A stretch of DNA of 64,000 nucleotides from Actinomycetota bacterium (GCA_005883995.1 VAXB01000015.1:69-64068); one strand, 5' to 3'. Positions 18,661-27,942 are shown, numbered from the stretch's first letter. Numbers and translations are program-made. Notes: generated by a model not told the origin, from the sequence alone.

Positions 18661-18966
18661 CGCGCCAGTGGTACCGGGGTTTCGTCGTCAGCGACGCGCC
18701 GACGAAGCAATCGCGTTCCGCCTTCGCGAACAGCCCGTCGGCTTGGTGACGAGACCGGAGGCCGAGCCGCTGGCGACGAAGTCGATCCCCTCGCGCTCGG
18801 CGTGGAAGCGGAGGCTCTCGATCGTGCAACGGACGAGACCTGCGAGGACGAGGTGCTCGGGCGTCCACTCGTCTGGGAGGTCGAGCGGCGACGTCCCGTC
18901 CGCGGAGACGATCCCGCCGCGGTCGAGCTCGACGGCGTAACGGAACTCCTTCGGACGCACCGGCAC
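18650..18966 (-). pseudogene. OsmC/Ohr-family peroxiredoxin-like gene, frame interrupted near 18740
   Basis: The N-part (TPEHLVLAGLVRCTIESL..ASGLVTK) is in the frame of ORF 18688..19530. The C-part (DGLFAKAERDCFVGASL..) is in the frame of ORF 18650..18868. The combined length is only ~100 aa. Confidence 0.6.
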
Positions 18967-18983
18967 GCGCCTATCCTGCCGGA

Positions 18984-20030
18984 GTGGCTGTGACGAAGCC
19001 GTTCGCGATTCTCGGCGCCACCGGGTACACGGGCGGGCTCGTCGCAGAGCGGGCGCGCGCGCTCGGGCTCCCGTTGCGGCTCGTCGGCCGCCGCCGCGGC
19101 GCACTCGACGCGATCGCGGTCGCCGGCGACGAGGTGCGGGTCGCAGATGCGCGGGACGAGCGTTCGTTGCGCGAAGCGTTCGACGGCGCGTTCGCGGTTG
19201 CGTCGACGGCCGGCCCGTTCTCCGACCTCGGCCACGCGCCCCTGGCTGCTGCGATCGCGTGCGGCGCGCACTACCTGGACACGAGTGGCGAGCAGGGTTT
19301 CTCCCGGGCCGTCTACGACGAGTTCGGCGGCCGCGCGGAGGCGGCGGGCGTCGTCGCGTTGACGGCGTTCGGCTTCGACTACGTCCCGGGAGATCTCGCC
19401 GCGCGCCTCGCGGCCGACGGGCTCGAGCCCCTCGACGAGGTGCTCGTCGCGTACTCGGTCTCGCGGATGGCCGCCTCGGCGGGCACGCGGCGCACGATCG
19501 CGCGCGTGATGTCGAGCGGACACACCGCATGGGAGGGCGGCCGTCGAATCGCGTCGAGCTTCGGTGCGTCGACCCGAACGGTTCGTTTCCCGTTCGGGTC
19601 AGCGAGCGTCGTCGAATGGAGCGGGACCGAGCCGCTCACGGTGCCACGACATACGCAGGTTCAGCGCGTCCGCTCCTACATCCGCGCGCCGCGCGTGGCC
19701 GCGAAGACGGCCGGAGTCGCGAAGCTCGCCGCGCCGCTCATCCGGCTGACCGGCCACATTGGCGGCGGCCCGGACGAGGCGCGCCGGGCGAAGACACGCT
19801 TCGTCGTCGTCGCCGAGGCGCACGGCCCGAACGGGAGCCGCCGCGTCGTGCTGCGCGGCAGCGACGTGTACGGCCTGACGGCCCTACTCGTCGCCCGCGG
19901 CGCGGAAGCGCTACGGGACGGGGCCGCGCGCGGCGGCGGCGCCCTCGCTCCGGCGGAGGCGTTCGACGCGCGGGCGCTAATCGAGAAGCTGGCGCCGCTG
20001 CTCGAGCTCGACGCGGTCGAAGACGTCTAG
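18984..20030 (+). CDS. Saccharopine dehydrogenase NADP-binding domain protein (enoyl-reductase-like)
   Basis: N-terminal FAILGATGYTGGLV Rossmann motif. 348 aa. Confidence 0.7.
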   Translation: MAVTKPFAILGATGYTGGLVAERARALGLPLRLVGRRRGALDAIAVAGDEVRVADARDERSLREAFDGAFAVASTAGPFSDLGHAPLAAAIACGAHYLDTSGEQGFSRAVYDEFGGRAEAAGVVALTAFGFDYVPGDLAARLAADGLEPLDEVLVAYSVSRMAASAGTRRTIARVMSSGHTAWEGGRRIASSFGASTRTVRFPFGSASVVEWSGTEPLTVPRHTQVQRVRSYIRAPRVAAKTAGVAKLAAPLIRLTGHIGGGPDEARRAKTRFVVVAEAHGPNGSRRVVLRGSDVYGLTALLVARGAEALRDGAARGGGALAPAEAFDARALIEKLAPLLELDAVEDV

Positions 20031-20071
20031 CGGGTCCCGGCACCGTCCGGACGCACGCCTACTGTCCGGGA

Positions 20072-20269
20072 ATGCGGCGCTTGCGCCCCCTGAGCGAAGA
20101 CGAGTGCTACGCCCGGTGCTACGGCGGTTGGGAGGAGACGGTGCGTGTGATTCCGCTAGAGCCCCGACCGCCGCGCGGGCCGATGCTGGTCGAAGGCGAG
20201 GCCCTCCGGCGCCGGTTCGAGGAATACCTCGACGCGCGTGAGCCGGACGCCGAAGTCGAAGCCGCCTGA
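20072..20269 (+). CDS. Small hypothetical protein (65 aa)
   Basis: ATG at 20072 in the tail of long spurious ORF 19259..20269. Sequence is MRRLRPLSEDECYARCYGGWEE.. It overlaps the mug start by 32 nt. Weakly supported. Confidence 0.3.
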   Translation: MRRLRPLSEDECYARCYGGWEETVRVIPLEPRPPRGPMLVEGEALRRRFEEYLDAREPDAEVEAA

Positions 20270-20774
20270 CGCGAGCGCGATCCCGGACGTCCTCGCCGCC
20301 GACCTTCGCGTCGTCTTCTGCGGGATCAACCCCGGGCGCGTGTCGGCCGCCGCGGGCGCGCACTTCGCCAACCCGCGCAACGACTTCTGGCGGCTCCTTC
20401 ACGCCGCGGGATTCACGTCACGGCTCTACACGCCCGACGAGCAGCGCGAGGTGCTCGCAGAGGGGATCGGGATCACGAATGCCGCGCTGCGCACGACGCC
20501 GGGGAGCGGCGACCTGCGCAGCGCGGACTTCGTCGAATCCGAGGCGCGGCTGGAGCGAGTCGCGCGGGAGCTGCGTCCCGGCTGGATCGGCTTCGTCGGC
20601 AAGGAGGCGTACCGCGGTGCCTTCCGCGAGCGCCCGGCGCTCGGCGTTCAGCAGCGAACGCTCGCGACCACGCGCCTGTTCGTCCTCCCGTCGACGTCGC
20701 CGGCGAACGCCGCGGTGCCGTGGGACGAGCGTCTGCACTGGTTCCGCGAGCTCGCTGAGTTGAGCAAGGGCTAG
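20238..20774 (+). CDS. mug: G/U mismatch-specific uracil DNA glycosylase (Mug family)
   Basis: VFCGINPG active-site motif, NPRNDFW, and PSTSPANA near the C-terminus. Confidence 0.85.
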   Translation: MSRTPKSKPPDASAIPDVLAADLRVVFCGINPGRVSAAAGAHFANPRNDFWRLLHAAGFTSRLYTPDEQREVLAEGIGITNAALRTTPGSGDLRSADFVESEARLERVARELRPGWIGFVGKEAYRGAFRERPALGVQQRTLATTRLFVLPSTSPANAAVPWDERLHWFRELAELSKG

Positions 20775-20899
20775 CGAGGTCGAGTGCCGGACACTTTCTT
20801 CTGGGTCAGCCACTTTTTGGCGACGTCGCTTCGCGCCGGCGGTTCGCGCGTCCGCCTCGCGTTGCGCGTGTCCTTGACGTCGCGCGCCCTGCTCACCGA

Positions 20900-20934
20900 G
20901 TGCCTGACCCTTTCTTTTGGGTCAGGCACTTTTT
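20900..20934 (+). terminator. Intrinsic-terminator-like hairpin (left arm of repeat unit 2)
   Basis: GTGCCTGACCC-TTTCTTTT-GGGTCAGGCAC (11-bp stem) followed by TTTTT. Confidence 0.45.
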
Positions 20935-20966
20935 CGCCGCTTGCTGCGCACCGGCAGTACGTCCGT

Positions 20967-21000
20967 CGAAAAAGCGTCAGACCCGAAAAGAGGGTCTGAC
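20967..21000 (-). terminator. Intrinsic-terminator-like hairpin (right arm of repeat unit 2, read on minus strand)
   Basis: On the minus strand, GTCAGACCC-TCTTTTC-GGGTCTGAC is followed by GCTTTTTCG. Confidence 0.4.
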
Positions 21001-21121
21001 CCTCGTCCGCGCGTCGCGCCCTGCTCACCGAGTGCCTGACCCTTTGTTTTGGGTCAGGCACTTTTTGGCGACGTCGCTTCGCGCCGGCAGTTCGTCCGTC
21101 GAAAAAGCGTCAGACCCGAAG

Positions 21122-21249
21122 AAGAGGGTCTGACCCTCGCCTCCGTCTTGCGGGTCTCTACCCGCGCCAGCGGTTTGTGATCGGCAAGAGGGTCTGACCC
21201 TCGCCTCCGTCTTGCGGGTCTCTACCCGCGCCAGCGGTTTGTGATCGGC
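21122..21249. repeat. Perfect 64-bp direct tandem duplication (2 copies) spanning the nadE 3' end
   Basis: 21122-21185 and 21186-21249 are identical (AAGAGGGTCTGACCCTCGCCTCCGTCTTGCGGGTCTCTACCCGCGCCAGCGGTTTGTGATCGGC). Copy 2 contains the last 28 nt of the nadE CDS. Confidence 0.9.
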
Positions 21250-22946
21250 GTGCGGCGGTCGCGGCCGAAGGCTTTCGGGCGCAGCTTCACGCCGGGCGGT
21301 GCCTGGCGGCGCTTGTACTCCGCCCGGTCGATCATCCCGACTGCGCGGTGCACGACGTCGGCCTCGAGGCCGTCTTCGCTGAGCTCCTCCAACGTTCGGT
21401 CGTGCTCGACGTATTGCTCGAGCACGCGGTCGAGCTCGGGATACGGCGGGAGCGAGTCCTGGTCGAGCTGGTTGTCGCGCAGCTCCGCGCTCGGCGCGCG
21501 GTCGATGATCGACTGCGGGATCAGCTCACGTCCCGCATGTTCGTTGAGGTACAGAGCGAGCCGGAAGACGTCGGTCTTGTACACGTCCTTGAGCAGCGCG
21601 AAGCCACCGGCCATGTCGCCGTACAACGTCGCGTAGCCGACCGACAGCTCCGACTTGTTTCCCGTCGCGACCAGCATCCAGCCGAACTTGTTCGACAGCG
21701 CCATCAGCAGGACGCCGCGTGCGCGTGCCTGGATGTTCTCCTCGGCGAGATCGGCCTCGCGGCCCGCGAACTGCTCGCGCAGCGTTTCGGTGAACGCATC
21801 GACGACGCCGCCGATCGGCAGCTCCGCGAACGGGCAGCCGAGTGCCTCTGCGAGCCGTTTCGCGTCTGCGCGCGTCCCCTCCGACGAATAACGAGACGGC
21901 ATCGAGACGCAGTGGACGCGCTCCGGCCCGAGCGCCTCCGCTGCCAGCGCCGCCGTCACCGCCGAATCGATGCCGCCGCTGACGCCGACGACCACACCGT
22001 CGCGGAAGCCGTTCTTGTCGACGTAATCGTGCAACCCGAGCTCGAGCGCGCGTCGCATCTGTTCCAGCTCGCCGTCGAACGGCACCACGCCCGCTTCCGC
22101 GCGCGTCCCGTTCGCAGGCGGCTTTTCGGTGCCGACGTGGACGATCGCGACGTGCGGCGTGTTCTCGCGCTCGCGCGCGAGCGCGCGCCGGCGCACGTCG
22201 CGAAGACGGCGGCCGACGACGTCCTTCGGGTCGATGTCGACGACGAGCAGCGCCTCCTCGAAACCGGGCGCGCGCGCGAGGACGTTTCCCTCGTCGTCGA
22301 TCACGCAGGAGTGCCCGTCGAAGATGAGCTCGTCCTGTCCGCCGACTGCGTTGCAGAACGCGACGAACGACGAGTTGTCGCGCGCGCGCGTCACGAACAT
22401 CTCTTCGCGCTCGCGCTCCTTGCCGACGTGGTACGGCGATGCCGAGATGTTTGCGATCAACTCCGCGCCACCGAGCGCGAGGTCTGTCGCCGGCGGTCCG
22501 GGCTGCCACAGGTCCTCGCACACGGTCGGCCCGATCAGCGTCTTGCCGATCTCGAGCAGGATCAGGTCGCGGCCCGGCGCGAAGTACCGGTCCTCGTCGA
22601 ACACGCCGTAGTTCGGCAGGAACCGCTTGCGGTACATCGCCTTCACCTCGCCGCCTGCGCAAATCGCGCACGCGTTGTAGAGGTCACGGTCGAAGTGCGG
22701 CGTCCCGATCAGCGCCGTGATGCCGCGGCACGACCGTGCGAGATCGGCGAGCGTCCGTTCCGCGGCGCGGATGAAGCCGGGCCGCAGGAGGAGGTCCTCC
22801 GGCGGGTAGCCGGTGACGATCAGCTCCGGGAACGTGACGTGGTCGACGCTCTGCCGCTTCGCATCCTCGATCCGCGCCGTCACTCGCTCGGCGTTGCCGG
22901 CGAGGTCGCCGACGACGGAATTGATCTGTGCCAGCGCGATCCGCAC
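21222..22946 (-). CDS. nadE: Glutamine-dependent NAD+ synthetase
   Basis: 574 aa. N-terminal nitrilase-like domain (MRIALAQIN..) plus an NAD synthase domain with the SGGIDS PP-loop. Confidence 0.92.
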   Translation of the reverse strand: MRIALAQINSVVGDLAGNAERVTARIEDAKRQSVDHVTFPELIVTGYPPEDLLLRPGFIRAAERTLADLARSCRGITALIGTPHFDRDLYNACAICAGGEVKAMYRKRFLPNYGVFDEDRYFAPGRDLILLEIGKTLIGPTVCEDLWQPGPPATDLALGGAELIANISASPYHVGKEREREEMFVTRARDNSSFVAFCNAVGGQDELIFDGHSCVIDDEGNVLARAPGFEEALLVVDIDPKDVVGRRLRDVRRRALARERENTPHVAIVHVGTEKPPANGTRAEAGVVPFDGELEQMRRALELGLHDYVDKNGFRDGVVVGVSGGIDSAVTAALAAEALGPERVHCVSMPSRYSSEGTRADAKRLAEALGCPFAELPIGGVVDAFTETLREQFAGREADLAEENIQARARGVLLMALSNKFGWMLVATGNKSELSVGYATLYGDMAGGFALLKDVYKTDVFRLALYLNEHAGRELIPQSIIDRAPSAELRDNQLDQDSLPPYPELDRVLEQYVEHDRTLEELSEDGLEADVVHRAVGMIDRAEYKRRQAPPGVKLRPKAFGRDRRTPITNRWRG

Positions 22947-22972
22947 GGTTTACGCCTCTGAGTCGAAAACTA

Positions 22973-23734
22973 TCAACGCCTGAGCCGAATCGCGTTCAGG
23001 TCGTCCTCGAGTACCTGGTCGATCCGGCGCTCGAGCTCCTCCGGCGGGTCGTGCTCCGCGTGGAGGTACCGGCCGTTCAGCCGGTCGAAGCGCCCGCTCG
23101 CCAGAGCGCGGACGAGCCGCGGCGCACATTCCGGCGGCGTCCACGGCGCGTCGTCGGACATGTTCCCCGTCATCTCCGTTTGCACGAGGCCGGGGGAAAT
23201 CGGAAAAACGTAGATGCCGCGCGGGGCCAGCTGGCCCGCGAGCAGCTCTGAGAACCGGTGGACGGCTGCTTTGCTCGGCCCGTACGCCGTGCTCGACATC
23301 CCACTCGTCGGCAGGTACGCGGAGCCGCTCGCGACGTTGACGATCCTGCCGCCTCCATGCTCGAGCATTCGCGGCACCGCCTGGCGGCAGCACAGGAAGA
23401 CTCCGCGCACGTTGACCTCGAAGACGCGCCACCACGCCGACGGATCCTCGTCGAGGAACGACGCCGTCGGCCCTGCGATGCCGGCGTTGTTGACGAGGAG
23501 GTCGACGCCGCCGAGCTCGGCGAACCACCGTTCCACGTCTTCGTCGCGCGAGACGTCGCCGACGAGCGCGCGGCCTCCGATCTCGCGCGCGACGGACTCG
23601 ACCTGCTCGCTCGTGCGAGCGGTGACCGCGACTTCCATCCCCGCGGCTGCGAGCTCGCGCGCGATGTTTGCGCCGATCCCGCGGCCACCGCCGGTGACAA
23701 GCGCGACGCCGTCGAGGCGATCGTCCGCGTACAT
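22973..23734 (-). CDS. SDR-family oxidoreductase
   Basis: TGGGRGIG cofactor motif, NNAG, and the YGPSK catalytic motif. Confidence 0.85.
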   Translation of the reverse strand: MYADDRLDGVALVTGGGRGIGANIARELAAAGMEVAVTARTSEQVESVAREIGGRALVGDVSRDEDVERWFAELGGVDLLVNNAGIAGPTASFLDEDPSAWWRVFEVNVRGVFLCCRQAVPRMLEHGGGRIVNVASGSAYLPTSGMSSTAYGPSKAAVHRFSELLAGQLAPRGIYVFPISPGLVQTEMTGNMSDDAPWTPPECAPRLVRALASGRFDRLNGRYLHAEHDPPEELERRIDQVLEDDLNAIRLRR

Positions 23735-23748
23735 CGCGCGAGTCTAGA

Positions 23749-24234
23749 TCAGCCGCGAAGGCCGAACTCGAGCACGAAGAGCCATACGTCGTGGTAGCCG
23801 AACAGCGAGTCGGCGTGGAGGATGCCGACGCCGCCATCGCGCCAGCGGCCGAGCAGGTTCGCGCGGTGCGGCGGCGAGTGCAGCCACGCGTTGATTGCAG
23901 CAGCGGCACTGCCGAGGCTTCCTGTTGCCCAGTACAGGTTCTCGCCGACACGGACGCGGCCGCGGAAATAACCGCTTAGCTGGAACGTGTGCACGAACGC
24001 GGTGCCGCACGGCGTGTGCGAGAACGAGTTGCAGCGCAAGATCTCGGCGGCCTTCATCTGCGCGGACTGCATCAGCGCGCTCGACGCACGCAGCGGACGC
24101 AACCCGTGCTGCGCGCGCGCCGCGTTTGCGGCATTCAGGACGTCGGCTGTCGAGGACCTCGCTGATACCGATGGGGCCGCCTGAAGGAGCACAGCCGCCA
24201 CCATGATGATTCCGATCCCCCCGAACCGTTTCAT
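23749..24234 (-). CDS. Secreted CAP/SCP (PR-1-like) domain protein
   Basis: Signal peptide MKRFGGIGIIMVAAVLLQA, then the pattern HGLRPL..MKAAE..HSPPHRANLL. Start ATG 24234. Confidence 0.65.
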   Translation of the reverse strand: MKRFGGIGIIMVAAVLLQAAPSVSARSSTADVLNAANAARAQHGLRPLRASSALMQSAQMKAAEILRCNSFSHTPCGTAFVHTFQLSGYFRGRVRVGENLYWATGSLGSAAAAINAWLHSPPHRANLLGRWRDGGVGILHADSLFGYHDVWLFVLEFGLRG

Positions 24235-24345
24235 CGACTGTCGCCTAGTTTGATCCCCCGACCGCACGAACCCTTGCGCGGCCTGCGATTTTTACATTCG
24301 GGTTCGTAACACAGAGTCGTACGCCGCGAAGCGCAGAAAATGCTG

Positions 24346-26274
24346 CTACGTAGCGACTTTCTGCGCGATCTCGTCGAGCGCTTCGGGATTCTCCAGCGAC
24401 GAGAGATCGCCGGGGTCCTTCCCGAGAACGCGCGCGCGGACTGCGCGTCGGACGATTTTCGCGCTTCGCGTCTTCGGGAGTGCGGACACGAACACGATGC
24501 GGTCCGGTTTGAACGCTTTGCCGAGGTCGGCCGCGACCGCATCCGCGACGTCGGCCGCGAGCTGCAGCGTGGCGTCGGCGTTGTCGCGCGGCACGCAGAA
24601 GATCCAGGCGACTTCCCCCTTCACGTCGTGAGGCACGCCGATCGCCGCCGCTTCCGCGATGTCGCGGTGCGCGACTGCAGCGCTCTCGAGCTCCGCAGGG
24701 CCGACGCGTTTGCCGGCGATGTTGAGCGTGTCGTCGGAACGGCCGTGCAAGAACCAGTATCCGTCGTCGTCGATCGACGCCCAGTCGCCGTGCGTCCACA
24801 CGCCGGGGAAGCGCCGCCAGTACGTCTCGAGGTAACGCTCGTCGTCGCCCCAGATGCCGCGCGTCATCCCGGGCCACGGGCGCTTGCACACCAGCTCGCC
24901 GACCTCGCCGCGCACCGGCCGACCGTCGGCGTCGAACACGTCCATGTCCTGACCGAGTGCGGGAAAGCCGAGCGCGACCGGCTTGATCGGCTCCGTGACA
25001 CATGTCGTCAGGAAGCACGCGCCGACCTCGGTCCCGCCGGAGATGTTCACGATCGGCGCGCGCCGCCCCGCGACGTGCTCGAACAGCCACAGGTAGGGAT
25101 CGCGGTTCCACGGCTCGCCCGTCGTCGTGATCGTCCGCAGGGACGACAGGTCGTTGCGCGGGTCGCCCTTGGGAATCAGCGCACGGATCAGCGTCGGCGA
25201 AACGCCGAGCATCGTGATGCGCTCCGACTCGATCAGCGCCCAGAGGCGATCGGAGGGAAAGTCGGGCGCACCCTCCGCGTAGACGACTGTCGCGCCGGCC
25301 GCGCCGCAGCCGACGACGGTCCACGGGCCCATGATCCAGCCCATGTCCGTCGCGAAATGCACGCGGTCGCCGGCGTGCACGTCGGATTGATACGCCGCTT
25401 CGCGCGCGATCGAGACGAGGAAGCCGCCGTGCACGTGGAGCGCGCCCTTCGGCCGGCCTGTCGTCCCCGAGGTGTACGCGAGAAGGTACGGATGCTCCGC
25501 GTCGACCTGCGCGGGCTCGAGGTCGCCGCCGGCCTTCTCGACGAGGTCGTCCCAGAACCGGTCGCGTCCGATCACCATCGGGACGTCGTCCATTCCGAGC
25601 CGCCGCCAGACGACGGTATGCGTCACGGTCGGCGCCGACTCGAGCGCTTCGTCGGCGATCGCCTTCATCGGCATCACGTGGCCGCGCCGCAGCGAGCCGT
25701 CGCAGGTGATCAACGCCTTTGCCTTCGCGTCCGAGAGACGTGCGGCGATGGCCGGCGCGGCGAATCCGGAGAAGATCGGAACCTGAACCGCGCCCAGGTG
25801 CGCGATTGCGTGCGACGCGATCGCGACCTGCGGCGACATCGGCAGGAAGATGCCGACCGCATCTCCGGGGCCGATCCCGAGCGACGCCAGCCCTTCCGCG
25901 AGGCGCCGGACGGCGTCGGAGACCTCGCGCCACGACAGCGACTGCCGGTCGCCCTGCTCGGGAAGCCAGACCGCCGCTTCGTCGGCGGGGCGCTCGGCGG
26001 CCCAACGGTGGACGCACTCCTGCGCGATGTTCAGCTTCGCGCCGTCGAACCACGTCGCCCATTCGGGGCCCCGCGAGAGGTCGACGACCCGCTCCCACGG
26101 CTGCGAGAAGCGGAAGCCGAGGTCGTCGATCACGGCAGGCCAGAACCGCTCGGGCTCCTCGACGGAGATCCGGTGGAGGTCGGCGTACGCGTCGACGCCG
26201 AGGCGCCGCTGCAGGCGGGTCAAATTCGCCTGCGCGCGGAACTGCTCGGACGGCGCCCAGACGAACTCCGGCAC
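24346..26274 (-). CDS. AMP-forming acyl-CoA synthetase of the acetyl-CoA-synthetase family (second paralogue; substrate unknown)
   Basis: 642 aa. YTSGTTGRPKG, TGEPW and LPKTRSAKIVRR motifs. Confidence 0.85.
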   Translation of the reverse strand: MPEFVWAPSEQFRAQANLTRLQRRLGVDAYADLHRISVEEPERFWPAVIDDLGFRFSQPWERVVDLSRGPEWATWFDGAKLNIAQECVHRWAAERPADEAAVWLPEQGDRQSLSWREVSDAVRRLAEGLASLGIGPGDAVGIFLPMSPQVAIASHAIAHLGAVQVPIFSGFAAPAIAARLSDAKAKALITCDGSLRRGHVMPMKAIADEALESAPTVTHTVVWRRLGMDDVPMVIGRDRFWDDLVEKAGGDLEPAQVDAEHPYLLAYTSGTTGRPKGALHVHGGFLVSIAREAAYQSDVHAGDRVHFATDMGWIMGPWTVVGCGAAGATVVYAEGAPDFPSDRLWALIESERITMLGVSPTLIRALIPKGDPRNDLSSLRTITTTGEPWNRDPYLWLFEHVAGRRAPIVNISGGTEVGACFLTTCVTEPIKPVALGFPALGQDMDVFDADGRPVRGEVGELVCKRPWPGMTRGIWGDDERYLETYWRRFPGVWTHGDWASIDDDGYWFLHGRSDDTLNIAGKRVGPAELESAAVAHRDIAEAAAIGVPHDVKGEVAWIFCVPRDNADATLQLAADVADAVAADLGKAFKPDRIVFVSALPKTRSAKIVRRAVRARVLGKDPGDLSSLENPEALDEIAQKVAT

Positions 26275-26502
26275 AGCCCGAAGCCTATGTCAGCCGTCGC
26301 GATGCGGACTTACGCGGGCGGTCGTGCCGCAGACGACCGCCCGCGGCCTTGCCGCATGGCGCGGACTGTCCTTCTTCTGTCGAAGTATACGGTCGCCGGT
26401 TTCCGCGTCTGCGACCGCGGAAACATCGTGCCCGCCGTTGTCCGCAAATTGCAACAGAAAAGCGCTGGCGCAGGGTCGGCGCCTGTCACTAGCCTGAACG
26501 GG

Positions 26503-27942
26503 ATGCGCTCACGCCTCTTCACCGCCGAGAACCGCAAGTGGTGGACGCTCGTCGCCGTCTCGTTCGGCCTGTTCATGATCATGCTCGACAACACGGTCGT
26601 GAACGTCGCGCTGCCGTCGATGCAGAAATCGCTCGGGATCGACCGCTCGGAGCTCGAGTGGGTCGTAAACGCCTACGCGCTGACGTTCGGCGTCCTCCTC
26701 CTCAGTGGCGGGAAGCTCGCGGACCTCCTGGGGCGCCGCCGGATCTTCATCGCCGGCCTCATCGTCTTCACCGCGGCGTCGCTCGTCTGTGGGCTCGCCG
26801 GCACTGCGACGGTGCTGATCGCCGCCCGAACCGTGCAGGCGGTCGGCGCGGCGATGATGAACCCGGCCACGCTCTCGATCATCACGGCGACATTCCCGGC
26901 GCGCCAGCGCGGGATGGCGATCGGGATCTGGGCAGGCGTCTCGGCGATGGCGCTCGCGATCGGACCGCTCGTCGGCGGAATCCTCACGGAGAAGATCAGC
27001 TGGGGCTGGATCTTCTTCATCAACGTTCCGATCGGGCTGATCGGGATGGTGGCGGCGCGGGTCTTCATCGACGAGACGCGCGACACCTCACGTGAACAGC
27101 GGCTCGACCTCCCGGGTCTCGTCACGTCGGCCGTCGGGCTCTTCGCGCTGACCTACGGGCTGATCTCGACGAACCATCACGCGTGGACGTCGGCGCTCGT
27201 CCTCTCGATGTTCGCCATCGCCGCCGTCTCGCTGACGGCGTTCGTGCTGCTCGAGCTGCACCAGCGCGCCCCGATGCTCGACCTGTCGCTGTTCCGCAAC
27301 CCGACGTTCGCCGGCGCGAACACCGTGATGCTCCTCGTCGGGCTCGCAATGTTCGGGATCTTCTTCTTCAACTCCCTGTTCCTGCAGAACGTCCTCGGGT
27401 ACTCCGCGATCCAAACGGGCGCCACGTTCCTGCCGATGACCGTGCTGATCATCCTCGTCGCCCCACAGGCGGGCCGCCTGTCCGACCGGATCGGCCCGCG
27501 GTGGCTGATGAGCGCCGGCATGCTCCTGCTGACCGGATCGCTGCTCTGCTTCTCGCGCCTCGACGCGAGCTCCAGTTGGTGGGCGATCCTGCCGGGGTTG
27601 CTGCTGGGCGGATTCGGCATGTCGATGGCGATGACGCCGACGACCGCCGCCGCCATGCACTCGGTGCCGGTCGACAAGGCCGGCGTCGGCTCCGCCGTGA
27701 TCAACAGCATGCGCCAGGTCGGTGGCTCACTCGGGATCGCCGTCCTCGGCGCGGTGGTCGCGACGCAGGTCCACGTGCAGCCGCCCAACCCGAAGGCGAT
27801 CACGCAGTTCGTCGCCGGGTACCACGATGCGCTCTATGTCGGCGCCTGCATCACCTTCGCCGCCGCCTGGGTCGCGGCGCTGACGATCCGCGAAGCACGG
27901 CACCAGCGAGCCCCCGCACCGGAGCCGGCAGTCGGCGCGTAG
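26503..27942 (+). CDS. MFS transporter, DHA2/EmrB-like (about 14 TM)
   Basis: ATG 26503 in the tail of a 1200-aa artefactual ORF. Motifs LDNTVVNVALP and GKLADLLGRRR. Confidence 0.88.
   Translation: MRSRLFTAENRKWWTLVAVSFGLFMIMLDNTVVNVALPSMQKSLGIDRSELEWVVNAYALTFGVLLLSGGKLADLLGRRRIFIAGLIVFTAASLVCGLAGTATVLIAARTVQAVGAAMMNPATLSIITATFPARQRGMAIGIWAGVSAMALAIGPLVGGILTEKISWGWIFFINVPIGLIGMVAARVFIDETRDTSREQRLDLPGLVTSAVGLFALTYGLISTNHHAWTSALVLSMFAIAAVSLTAFVLLELHQRAPMLDLSLFRNPTFAGANTVMLLVGLAMFGIFFFNSLFLQNVLGYSAIQTGATFLPMTVLIILVAPQAGRLSDRIGPRWLMSAGMLLLTGSLLCFSRLDASSSWWAILPGLLLGGFGMSMAMTPTTAAAMHSVPVDKAGVGSAVINSMRQVGGSLGIAVLGAVVATQVHVQPPNPKAITQFVAGYHDALYVGACITFAAAWVAALTIREARHQRAPAPEPAVGA

Larger units (their letters stand above)
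20782..21121. repeat. Tandem array (~3 units of 116-132 bp) of the composite palindromic repeat
   Basis: Units start at ~20782, 20898 and 21030 with GAGTGCC(T/G)GAC(C/A)C. Each has a left hairpin + TTTTT, a conserved core, AAAAAG + right hairpin GTCAGACCC..GGGTCTGAC, and the linker CGCGCCCTGCTCACC. Confidence 0.85.

Noticed and set aside
20771-21133. Small ORFs encoding repeated MPDPFFWV.HF.. or MPDPKQRVRHSVSRAR peptides
   Set aside because: They lie entirely inside the palindromic repeat units and recur only because the DNA repeats. The same strings appear at 11869. No SD sites are present, and the reading frames differ between copies.
20782-21249. Possible CRISPR array
   Set aside because: The units are 116-132 bp composite palindromes that abut each other with no unique spacers. 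No cas genes or leader are present. The same element occurs singly at other loci.
24340-27942. 1200-aa ORF on the + strand, the longest in the window
   Set aside because: The first ~720 codons are antisense to the well-supported ACS-like gene. They are Arg/Asp/Pro-rich with no motifs, a typical high-GC shadow ORF. Only the last 479 codons (MFS transporter from ATG 26503) look real.
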